A stretch of DNA of 64,000 nt from Marsupella aquatica. Its lineage: Eukaryota > Plantae > Marchantiophyta. Under the pieces are notes generated by a model. The model worked only from the letters and a program-made list of their open reading frames with translations. It was not told the DNA's origin and did no database searches. Shown here one piece after another: positions 39,331-50,059 of this stretch. The first letter of the stretch is position 1; every line of letters starts with the position of its first letter. Location: positions 18,528,357 to 18,592,356 of the forward strand of contig OZ316892.1 of assembly GCA_973895155.1 (NCBI GenBank), read 5' to 3'. Position numbers and translations under genes: made by a program.

Positions 39331-41660
39331 CGGGGTGAGGGGCTTATGCTTCACATTTAGAGTCGTTGTGGTCAACTTCACACCCCAACGGTAAGGGCCT
39401 TCTTACCCTAATCAAGTTTAAGGGCGTGGGTTAACGCTTAACTTGTGGGCACGGGAGAATCTCATTGATTACTTGGTGGCCTAAGCAAGGGGGTGGGGTC
39501 CTGGGTTGGGCGTTTGGGGTTTTCCAAATGGGTGCTGGGCTTCACCAACATCCCATTCTATTCAAGTTTGCCAAGCCAAGAACCGGTGTGCACGCATACC
39601 CAAGATTTTTGGGCTAGCATGATCCCGCTTTATTGAAGTTTTCCAAGCCAAGAAAAATCAGTAACATATCCAAGATGGCCATGTAGTAACACTTTGTAGT
39701 GGTGTCTCACTTTGGGTGACACTCAACTCTCACTTTGGGTGACACTCAACGGCTCACTCAAACGGTAAGGCTCCCCTTAATGACTTAAGTCCCCTAATTT
39801 GGTAAAGAGGCACTAAACTTCACTTTGGGAGTGACTTTGGAGTGTTCGGGCCATCGTCATTGGACTTAGAACGTGAGGGGTCCAAGGTTTGGGGTTTTAC
39901 GTAGGGTTTTCCTTTTTCATGTTGCCCACTTTTGCGATGATTGCAGACTTCCCTTCCCGCGCGTAATGTGATGGTAGGGCGAAGAGGGTTGTGCTGGTAG
40001 GGCGAAGAAGGTTGTGGCTGCGAAAGGGCAATGTGTAGCGCAACGGCAACATTGTCAAGGGCAATCCTGAGTGCTTACGTTTTCAGTGAGTTGCAGTCCG
40101 GGAGGAGCTGTGATCTGGGGACTGAGGCGCTGAGGGTTTAGCTGAGGGGAGGAGTTGTGCGCCATTGCGGTTGCGGACCAAAGCTTGTGTGGTCGGACAG
40201 TGGTGGGAGTTTGGTGGGAGGAGAGCTAAGGTTCCAAGTTTGACTAATCCACAAGTGACCAACCTGCTGCTGCGGAAGGTGGACTTGCATGCTCCTGCAG
40301 AAGGTGGACTACGGAAGGAAATCGCTGAGGAAGGCGATCCATGCGGAAGGCGATTGCTGCGGAAGGTGGACTGTAGTGGCTCCTTAAGCTCGCGGAGGCA
40401 TTGCAAAGACAGTCTACTCACAGTGGAGTTGTGCTCGTTGCTCATCGATTGGAAGCCGATTGGGCTGCTCCATCTTCAAGCTGTACACGCAACTTTCAGG
40501 TGACCTTCTTGAGCGCTGATTCATACACTCCATTGTTTGAGCTAGACTTTCCACTACCATTTCTTCTCCATAGCTACGATGACCACTGCATTGCCTTACT
40601 CTGTTCATTGCAGTAGCACAACATTGCATGTCCATCACGGGTTTTCTTTAAGGAATCGCGGAATGGCTGGATCTAAAGCTGTTAGTCTTGACTCAGAACG
40701 AGGTTAAACCACCTTTGCAACTCGTCGCTGGCCCTTAGACATAGAATGCTCCGTTGTGATATTGCCTCCAACTTTTCTAGTGCCGTCTAGGCAATTAGAC
40801 TGCTTTTGAGAAAACTGCCTTTCTTAAAAGTGAGCAATACTAATAAACCCCGGTAGGCGCGGAGCTGGGCGGAGCTGTGGGTATTGAGGGAGCTGGGTGT
40901 GAGGGTTGGTTATGATGGTCATGGACCTACCGTGGGCTATGGTGGAACACTCTATTGTCTATGATGATTCTGAATCTGATTGAACCGCGAGTGGATGTGC
41001 TTTAAGGCAAACTCGTCAGAGAAATTAGAATGGGGGGACGGAGCTATGAGTGCTTAGGTTGTGGCATTTTTTAGATTGTCAAGAGTAATCTGTGATCTCA
41101 TTTCTAAATGGTTTGAGTTTTTTCTGATGTGCACAGGAATCGGGCTGAGGAAAGCTTTTCGGAAGAAGATTTTTGCCAGGTCTACGCCTGTAATCCTTTG
41201 TCTATTGGTCGCTGGCATCTACATTTTTTTAGGGACCGTCCACAGTTGCGGTGGGAGTGGATAGTGCTGGTCACTTGTTCAGTAGGTGCAAGGTGAGAGG
41301 GTGGAGAAGACCTGCGCTGCTCAGAATAGAAGTGGCGAGGTTGAGGGGAGCACCCGGGGGAGCAACTGCAAGCTTACCATCTTCAGAGTGGGGATTTTCT
41401 TGGGGATTTCTGCTAAACTGCTCTGGCTTTCTTCTCGGAGGTAAGCTACTCCGGACTGTCACTTAGCGAGTTGGTCGCGCTACTGGAAGTACTACCACTT
41501 TTACTATAACGCCAACCTCAATGCTTTTTATAGAATGCTTTGTTGTTCTTCTACTCGGCATGGCATCATCCTGATTGCCCGTCGCGCTGTGACCAGCAAT
41601 GGAAAGCGTAGACTATCTCCCTTTGCTAGTCAAAAAGCTGCGAGGTCTAATTTATGTCTT

Positions 41661-41886
41661 GCTGGAGTTTTGTTCCTCTATGTGCTTTGTTGTGTTAGCT
41701 TTGTTTGTTGTGATCTGTCTTACCCTACTGGTTTTACACTCTACGATCCGACTTCATTCCCTACAAATAAATGGACATGACACTATCTTTGCTGGAGTTT
41801 TGTTGGTCTAGCTCTGTGCTTTGTTTGCTGTGATCGGTCTTACCCTGTTGAGTACTAGTTTTGCACCCTGTGATCCAACTTCATTG
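41661..41886. repeat. Diverged direct duplication (~130-bp period)
   Basis: gctggagttttgtt...tgtgctttgtt...tgtgatc.gtcttaccct...gatcc.acttcatt occurs twice. Confidence 0.65.
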
Positions 41887-43456
41887 CCCCGGTGATTTTC
41901 TCTATCTCTATCCTCTACATTCAGCTTGCGGGTGGGTTTGTTATGATTTGATTGGGTGACTGATTGTTTTGGAGTTGTAGCCGTGGTCAAACGCACTTCT
42001 ATTAAAAACAAGTTCATGTAGCTCAGGTTGCTATTGTATATAAAGTGCAGCAGGATCTAGAACTGCTTGTAGTCCCAGCAAATCATACATGCTACAATCA
42101 CAGGATATGACTTCAATAAGTCTTCACAGTTTCTCATTTTTGTAGAATCTGAGATGTTGCTGGCCCAGGAGATGAGTTTCCCTTAAGAGTCAGGGACATC
42201 AGCAGTGTGGGCCATGTAATACAGTTGAGAATGATGGCAAGTATAATTTTTTAATGGGTCCAATGCCATGTTTGTGAGCTACTGAGTTGGATATAGGAGA
42301 AAATTACCAAAACATTATCGCAACTGCTTCCAGAACAATCATTCGTGGTTAGACTAAGCTCGGCTGAACACCCCTTGCTTGCATGGGACGGACACAATGC
42401 GGAATAGGCTGTCATGGAGTTGTCAAATGGATCTTCAATTTTCATGAGAAATGTCCTGGGTTTCCGTCCTATGTGTAGATTTCAGAATTAGAACGAAACT
42501 ACTATTAAGAATACTGTACTTAGCAATTCTTCTTTTCCTGTGAAGACATTGCCGCAAATGTTTCCTTGAGTTCCTGTCATACCAGTGTTTCCCATGCCAT
42601 TTTCAGCAACTACTGACGGAGTTGGCACCGTAAGTTTAAATGTATAGCTCTCATTACTTCAATCCAAAATTCTATGTAAACAGACATGAAGTAGCCTTTG
42701 TGCTTAATTGCTATGTAGCATCTGACTGCTTAAATTGCACTGCTTAAATACGTCAGACGGGGATTTTATGGATTGCGGAACCTACTGTCCAAGTATGTTG
42801 TAGTGGTCATCTTGCGCAGCTCAATGAGTCAATTTCATTTTCCCTGTGCACTTCTATTTCTCAGAGAATTCCCTTGTCATGCTCATTTCCCCCAGAGTTA
42901 GGAAACAAAGAAGAAGAGCTGACTAATTGTAATTCCAATCCATATCCTGATCGGTCAAGGATTGTGAACTACATTGGCCTTGTCATTGGCCGAGGTCACC
43001 AAATTTTGCTTGGTTTCATTCCTGTGGAGCACTGTTGTGATGGATGAATAGTTGTCGTAGCATTCTGCAAACTCTCACGGTTTGCTTATGGCCATTATTT
43101 GCAATTTGCTGCTACTAATATGTCTCCGACTGAGCAGCATACACCAGAAGTAAGCAATAGTGGAGGTTTAACTGCACATCAACACATCTAGTGAACTACC
43201 TCTCTGCTGCTCACTGGAGGGTGAGACTTCCACTATTTCTGGATATTGTAGTTTGTAAGCAAGTTGATTAAGAGTGTTTCATGCTATGTTTACATTGTGA
43301 CCCCTAGCTGGAACCAATGGAATGACACAGTGAGTGGGAACTGATAATTTAAGGTTGGTTGCTGTTGGTGAGGCAAGTACAGCTCCTGCTCACCTTGCTG
43401 ATCGAAGGTGCTTATCAGAGGACGTGAACACACAACACTCCACAAAAGCAACACTT

Positions 43457-43906
43457 ATGGTGAGGACCCGCAATGCTGAACATGTGCGGCTTGCACGCAA
43501 GGCAGAGATGTTGCGCCTTGAGTATGTCAGACTTGGGATCCTTCCAGCCCAGTCTGCATGGTACTTTGAGTACCCAATTGTTGCCAGGAATAACTACAGC
43601 CGCCCTGTACCTGCTTCTCCACCCTTCCCAACATCCTTGGTATTTTTGTCTCTCATACATGACCCGCCACAAATTAGGGCCCAAGGGTGTGTGCACAGTT
43701 GCCAGTATGACTGTCCTGCTTGTAGGGCTTCTGGCCTAGAGTTGGATGACCGTTCTCTTGGATGTCAGTTTTTTCACAGAGCACAATGTATCATCTGGAA
43801 CCACTCGCCATCCTGCAGTGTGCCTGGCGATGTCACTTGTCCTGCCCTCCCAGACCCCACCACCGGTCACTTTGGTGTCTACACATGTTTGGATCACACG
43901 CTGTAG
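43457..43906 (+). CDS. Cys/His-rich orphan protein (149 aa), transposon cargo; paralog of 61006-61455
   Basis: MVRTRNAEHVRLARKAEML...CVHSCQYDCPAC...; same length as the paralog, 13 aa differences by my count, no frameshift. Confidence 0.65.
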   Translation: MVRTRNAEHVRLARKAEMLRLEYVRLGILPAQSAWYFEYPIVARNNYSRPVPASPPFPTSLVFLSLIHDPPQIRAQGCVHSCQYDCPACRASGLELDDRSLGCQFFHRAQCIIWNHSPSCSVPGDVTCPALPDPTTGHFGVYTCLDHTL

Positions 43907-44575
43907 AAGACCACTTGTCACACCGCATGCACAGACCAGAGACCATTGACCTATAACTTAACACTTTGACTTGAACAGAGAGGATATTTACTTAAGATTT
44001 TGAATTATGAGCAATTTTGGGTCCAGGGTTTACGGTCAACAGTACATAACTTATCCTATTATGGCTGCACTAAGTACAATATCCTAATTTAAGAGGCTAG
44101 CAAGCTCACTTAAAAGTTTCCTTTCAAAGACTGGAATTAATGGGCCATGTGATAACCTGGAAAAAGTGATTTATGCCTAACTTATTTGTCTCATTCACTA
44201 TCATAGCCTATTTAGGATGTATAAATTACAACCCTGATCACACTGCTTGATACCAATCCTGTTCAAAAAATGCCTGTTTTACATGTCACGACTGTTATAT
44301 GTGATTCAAATGCATTAAATCTTGTTGCAGATCTCCTTTGGTGAATCATAGCCACAAAATTGAGGTGTAGGTGGAGCTATTGTACGAGGGGATCAGTTTT
44401 TAGTGTGGGCTCAACAAACCAAAAAGTATGTCTACTCTGCACATGTGTGTGAACATTTCATTGCAGTAGCAATTGCCACTCTAGTCTATATGCTACACTG
44501 TACTTTTTGTACACTGCACTAAATTGTATTGTCTGTGCACTCTGCTAAATTGTACTATCTGTCTCATGCGTAGGC

Positions 44576-44727
44576 ATGGCACGCCCTAAAATCCGAGCCA
44601 AGAAGCGGGGGATAGAGGTGAGCAACACAGGTGTAGTTGGGCCAGATGGTAGTAACTTCTCCGCAAGTCAGATTTTCCAGAAGGCAGCTCATTGTTGTGC
44701 CATTTGTGACGATGGTGGTGGCTTAGC
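44576..44727 (+). pseudogene. Truncated EDM2-like PHD ORF interrupted by an insertion
   Basis: MARPKIRAKKRG...HCCAICDDGGGL matches the 60235 ORF, then switches abruptly to a CTCGGGGG terminus at 44728. Confidence 0.85.
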
Positions 44728-45259
44728 CTCGGGGGTCTCACTCCGCGAAAATCTCATATCACGTGCGACGAAGTATAGGGTCCGTTAATTGGGTTTCTCG
44801 GAAGACTTAAGAAGATTTGTGTAAGAACAATAGGGCCAACTTTATATGTTGGACAACTTGTAAGAATAATAGGGATATTAATATTTTTGACTTTGTAGAT
44901 GGAAGGCATACAAAGAAGTTAGGGGGTCTTTGTGTCGGACTATGTAAAGTACACGTGTCACTATGTCATTGGTACACATGGCACACATAACATTCCCAAT
45001 ATATTTTCCTAATTTTTCTAATATGTTAACATGGCAAGAATTTGAGAATGATCTGGTTTTATGGGGACTCACGTTTAGGGTTTGACCGGGATTAAGTTTG
45101 AATTTTTCTATTTAATGTGTCTCGTTTACCTCAATTGGCCCTTGTCAGTCTCCTCCCGTGTCGTTTCCCTCCACTATCCCTTTGGCCCCACCCGCTCTTT
45201 GCCTCAACAGAGTCTCTTTTGTTTGTACCTTGCAGCAAATGGTCTAAACGGGGTCTAAA

Positions 45260-46100
45260 CCAGTTGTGCTCCTGCTTGGAGTGAAGGTCGGATCGAGCGA
45301 GAGTGTGCTCTTGACTGCACTTGGAGTGAAGGTCGGATCGAGTGAGAGTGTGCTCTCGACTACACTGTTGCTGGAGTGAAGGATCGACTCCTGTTGTGCT
45401 CTCGACTGCACTGCTGCTGCTGCTGGAGTGAAGGATCGAGCTGCGTTGCTGCTGCGGCTGGAGTGAAGGATCGAGCTGCGGCTGGAGTGAAGGATTGAGC
45501 TGCGTTGCTGCTGCGGCTGGAGTGAAGGATCGAGCTGCGTTGCTGCTGCGGCTGGAGTGAAGGATCAAGCAAGATTTCTCGGAGAAGGATCGAGCTGCGT
45601 TGCTGCTGCGGCTGGAGTGAAAGATCAAGCAAGAGTTCTCGGCGAAGGATCGAGCGAAGGAGTGAAGGGGAGAGCGAGAGTGAAGGGGAGAGCGAGAGTT
45701 CTTGGCGAAGGATCGAGTGAAGCGCTGCTACTTGGAGTGAAGGGGAGAGCGAGAGTGTTGCGCTCTCGGCTGTGCTGCTGCCGTTGCAGCTTGAAGTGAA
45801 GGATCGACCAAGAGTTCCTGGCTGCGCTGCTGTTTAGAGTGAAGGGGAGAGCGAGACATCTCAGCTGCGCTGCTGCTTAGAGTGAAGGGGAGAGCGAGAC
45901 TTCTCAGTTGCGTGCGCTGATTAGAGTGAAGGGGAGAGCGAGACTTCTCAGTTGCGTGTGCTGATTAGAGTGAAGGGGAGAGCGAGACTTTGCAGCTGCG
46001 CTGCTGCTTGAAGTGAACCCGGGAGTGAAGGGGAGAGCGAGACTTTGCAGCTGCGCTGCTGCTTGAAGTGAACCCGGGAGTGAAGGATCGAGCAAGAGTG
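45260..46100. repeat. Complex minisatellite (35-bp and 40-60-bp units)
   Basis: Many copies of gctgcgttgctgctgcggctggagtgaaggatcga and gagtgaaggggagagcgaga. Confidence 0.9.
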
Positions 46101-46354
46101 TTGTGCTCCGGGAGGTGGGTGTCGAGAGTGTTGCTGCTAGCTTGCTGAAACGGGAGGTGGCTACTACAGGGAGTGTTGCAATATCTCAAACCGGAGTGCC
46201 AGGATTGGAGCTGCATTGCTGCGTTGCTCAATCGGGAGGTAGGCGCTGCCTACTTTGACGATCGTACTTGCTTGCTTGCTACTATTTGACGCCCAAATCT
46301 ATCACGCATGGCACACCTAGAGTCGATCTGGTAGCGGTCATAGACGAGAAGCAC

Positions 46355-46470
46355 CTGATCTGCCCGTTTAGCTTTTCAGCTATAAAATTCCTGTTCTGAG
46401 CTCCGTGAATGGCGATAAGCTCTTTGAGTATTTTGTCCTCCAGAGCTCGCCATGCCCTCGCAGATAAGGT
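46355..46470 (-). pseudogene. Captured fragment of an R2R3-MYB first repeat (subgroup-21-like)
   Basis: SARAWRALEDKILKELIAIHGAQNRNFIAEKLNG vs canonical ARGHWRPAEDEKLKELVALYGPQNWNLIAEKLEGRSG; small indels; ends at ag|gtgc donor at the usual GRSG intron position. Confidence 0.7.
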
Positions 46471-47308
46471 TTGGAGCCACTGCTGAGATCCAGCTCCAAC
46501 TTCCCAGCCGAATACTAGCTCAGTATTGTCGTCATTTGTCTCGACGTTGTCCATACTCATCTCTCCTTCTGTGTCCGCATCGACGACTTGACGCACATGT
46601 TTTTTGGATGCATCGTTAGAGTAACCGCGAGTACAGGTCTCCAATGATTGCACTTGCCATGATTGACCACCTTACATGATCTCCATCCGTGGGCTGGACC
46701 CCAGGAAAAAAATCTTGTAACTTGACTTCTGTCGTCCCCCACACACCCGCACAAATCTGGTTCTCTATTACATGCCTTGGTGTCCCGTTGGCTGGTTCCT
46801 GCAATTTTCTTTAAGTCATCTAGAAGAGAAGACTTCTTTAAGTGTTTACTCAGCCAGGGGGGACCACAGCCTCCAGCCATACTGGGTGGCGGGCCTGGTC
46901 AAGACGTGGATGACGCTCGTGCTTGATTTTAAATTCTCTTTTGTTTCTCAAGCTTCTGGGCAAGGGCATTACCATTCTGGATTCTGAACTTGATCCTATT
47001 CAGGTTAGCTATTCAGGTCTGTTGAGCGATTGGGTTATTATTTTATTGCTGTAGTAACATGCATGGCCAATTGGTTGTCTTCATGTAATGGGAAGTTTTT
47101 GAAACTTAGAAATTGAATGGTGGTTTCAATTTTGTTCACAGGTTGCAAAAGGAATTGTAGAGGTTGTCATCAGCGCTTGCAGCAGTGAGCACCAACACTT
47201 GCGGTGAAGCAGTTTGCTAGAACACATAGTGTACCTAGTGAATTGTAAGTTGCCTGTCATTGCACGTCTAATCGTCTGGCCATTCACCGAGTATAAAAAA
47301 ATAGTGCC

Positions 47309-47707
47309 ATGGCTATATTGGGCATTACATTAGAAGCGAATTATGAGAAGCTCCTTCTGCAGCATCCAGATGAATGCTGTTGGTGTGAACCTTGTGTCAA
47401 GTGCAGGGTTGGTGATGGGAATTTTGAATGGTTCCATTGCTTCTGCTTGAAAATGCGTGGAAGGCTTGTTACTAGGACATACATGGGAAAGCATGGCAAA
47501 GTTGTCACACGTCGTTGGAAGTGCTCTTGTATAAGGCCAACCATTTGGCCTCAAAATGAGTGTCTTTTACGCAAGATTGTCATCCCGGACACGCTTGACA
47601 TTGTAGTCCCTGATAGTATTCCACATTCAACTGAGCTTGATATTGTAGCCCCAGATAGTATTCCAGATCAAGCTAAGGTTACAACCCATGGATGCTTGAC
47701 ATTGTAG
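47309..47707 (+). CDS. Cys-rich orphan ORF (132 aa) upstream of the PHD ORF
   Basis: CCWCEPCVKC...HCFC...CSC; C-terminal LDIVxPDSIP repeats. Confidence 0.4.
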   Translation: MAILGITLEANYEKLLLQHPDECCWCEPCVKCRVGDGNFEWFHCFCLKMRGRLVTRTYMGKHGKVVTRRWKCSCIRPTIWPQNECLLRKIVIPDTLDIVVPDSIPHSTELDIVAPDSIPDQAKVTTHGCLTL

Positions 47708-48023
47708 TCCCTGATAGTACATGGATGCGTTGTTCATATATGACTAGGCCTTTGTTTGCAAGGCTGCAATTGTACCATCCATGATATATGAGAATATTTT
47801 TCATTCCCATTATGTGGCAAAGTTTTGCAAGCTGGCATTGTATTTATGTATGTCTTGGTTGGTGGGTGTTCAGGTTGCACTGTGTAGTTGACTTCATCTG
47901 GGAGGGAGGTTTGCAGATCATTGGAGCAGGTGCTATGATTAACCTTATCTTTGTCTATGGATTGCTCACTATCATCATGTCCCCCTCATATGTGATGTGC
48001 TTTGTGATGATTGCAGTTGAACC

Positions 48024-48698
48024 ATGCCGACAAGGACTTCAAACATAAAGAAAGCAACACAGTCCTCTGACAGAGGAGCCTCTTTGGAAGAGGTATTGTG
48101 TATTCCGTTGTTCTCTGAGCAAGAGATTCTACAAACTAGCCCTCATGTTTGTGCAATTTGTGAGCATGGTGGGAAGTTGGTAATTTGTGATGGGCCATGT
48201 CACAGGCAATTTCATTATGTGGTTGGAGATGAAGCCCCTAATGACTCTTGCCCCTGTGTAGTCCTTCCCCTCCATCATGGAGGGAAGCCATGGTTTTGCC
48301 CAAATTGTAACCAGGACCAGGCCATGTGTTATGGGTGCCGCACTGTGGGACCGTCACCTACAATTGTGCGAAAATGCTCTGATCGTTTTTGTGTACGATT
48401 TTATTGCTTTGGGTGTTTGGTAGCTGATGCAAAGTCCTGCCCACTGCATACATGTGTGACATGTTATCAGAGTCTTGAGGGTCAGATGGTCAAGAACATG
48501 GTACAATGTCTACGATGTCCAAATGCCTGGCATACAGATTGTCTCCAGATGATCAAAAGCAAAGGGTTCGCTCATGATAGGGACATCTGGGACCATGAAG
48601 CACATGGACAACAGCGACAGATGTTTTATTGCCCCCGTCATCCTATTGATCCACACCTCAAGACTCCAATCAGGGACCACATTTCATGGCTCCAGTGA
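48024..48698 (+). CDS. Stand-alone EDM2-like composite PHD-finger protein (224 aa)
   Basis: CAICEHGGKLVICDGPCHRQFH...WFCPNC...CYGC...CPLHTCVTC...CLRCPNAWHTDCL...FYCPRHPIDPHLKTPIRDHI; intact, intronless, acceptor ttgcag just upstream of the ATG. Confidence 0.85.
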   Translation: MPTRTSNIKKATQSSDRGASLEEVLCIPLFSEQEILQTSPHVCAICEHGGKLVICDGPCHRQFHYVVGDEAPNDSCPCVVLPLHHGGKPWFCPNCNQDQAMCYGCRTVGPSPTIVRKCSDRFCVRFYCFGCLVADAKSCPLHTCVTCYQSLEGQMVKNMVQCLRCPNAWHTDCLQMIKSKGFAHDRDIWDHEAHGQQRQMFYCPRHPIDPHLKTPIRDHISWLQ

Positions 48699-49204
48699 TC
48701 TGAATAATGAACAAACCTATTACTTAGGTTTCAACGTCTTAGTGGGGTATGAGCAAGGCACATACTTAAGGTGCATCATGGGTGGTAGTACCCAATTTTA
48801 TTAGTGTTGACATTTTGTCATAATTAAGGTCACTAATAGTGCTGTATTTTGATGAGCAGAAGCACTAAACTTCGGGAATTGTTAGAAAAGCAGGCGAAAA
48901 GGATATTTTGTCCAAAGATATTTTATCCAACTTTAGCGGTATATCATGATTTTCACTGAATACATTTGCATGTATGATGGATTGCATTATAAAGTGTTTT
49001 GGCCTATTAGCACTTCTATTGTTAAATGTATGCTGACATTATGTACATTACATGAGAATGTGTATGTTGTCATTGCATCTCTTGAAGATCCTAATGTGTT
49101 TCCCTTGTGTGTATTTCAAATGTATTTGTGCAGGTCTCCACCTCTTACACATTGTGGACTAATTTTGTTGGTGATGCTGAGCAACTAGCTAGTGTGGCTG
49201 GTTT

Positions 49205-49560
49205 CACTAGAAGAATCCGAGGTGAACTGAGACCGCAATATATGACTCATTTTGGCTCATGTGACTTCATTGTGACTCAACGTGACTTGACCCACGCTGT
49301 GACCCTTGGAGTTGCAAAAGTTGAGACCAAAAAATGGAAGTCACTATTGATACTGGGCTTTGCAACTTGCTTGATACCCATTTGTGACTGATCTGTGACT
49401 TTATTGTGGAGTCTAGCCTTGTTTCGACGTGACTGCAATATGACTTCAGCGAGTCACATCGTAAATCACATACATGACTTACCCGCATTCAACAACGACT
49501 AGCGTGTGACTATTTAGTGTCACAGGAGAGACCAATGGAGACCCTGGCCCGCGTCACACA
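49205..49560. repeat. CACTA terminal inverted repeat and subterminal repeat region
   Basis: ttt|CACTAGAAGAATCC followed by more than ten tgtgac/gtcac motifs in both orientations. Confidence 0.8.
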
Positions 49561-50059
49561 ACAGAACCATTTGGGACTCTATATACTCATGTTTATAACT
49601 AATAAGGATCACATGCAAGTTATAACCATGACTAATGAACACAGAGGGACAGTTCATAAGAAGAGAGAGCACTCGACATTACAATACATAGAAACCTGAT
49701 GTTCTAACTTTAGAAATATAACACATTGAATACAAGAAATGAACATAGCATGAATGACATCCACATGAAACAAAGCATCATATAAGCAGATCCTACATAA
49801 AACATTCATAAGAATTAAACACAATCACAATCTTGCTAAAAAATGAAGATCATTTGAATTCCAATGGAATAGTTTACAATGTGATCAATGTAATTTAGAC
49901 AAAACAGGAACTCATAATTGATGACTGTAGGATGAGATAACTGAAAGCACATGCATGATACTATGAATCTCCAAGAGGACATGATTCTTGTACTGTTTCT
50001 TGACATCTAAAATCTACATAACATGACTCACACTACAAACAAATAATGGCATGACATTG

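Larger units (their letters stand above)
43276..44727 (+). mobile_element. Relic of a sister CACTA element (A), inverted relative to 60090-61602
   Basis: Colinear reverse-complement match to ~60090-61602, covering the Cys-rich ORF, the spacer and the start of the PHD ORF. Confidence 0.85.
44728..49204. mobile_element. Long element (C) of the 8-bp-TSD CTCG-terminus family; right end not found; extent inferred
   Basis: ctcgggggtctcact...atcacgtgcgacgaagtatagg...ggaagacttaagaa...agaacaataggg matches ~100 bp of the MITE ends at 24969 and 36466 (reverse complement). Confidence 0.55.

Noticed and set aside
38844-39701. CACTACAAA...TTTGTAGTG pair as a small CACTA element or as the 5' end of relic A
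   Set aside because: Flanking trinucleotides differ (gaa vs gtg), the match is only 9 bp, and no GTGAC-type subterminal array follows 38844
45131-46231. Gln/Ser/Ala-rich ORFs
   Set aside because: They are translations of the minisatellite, open in several frames
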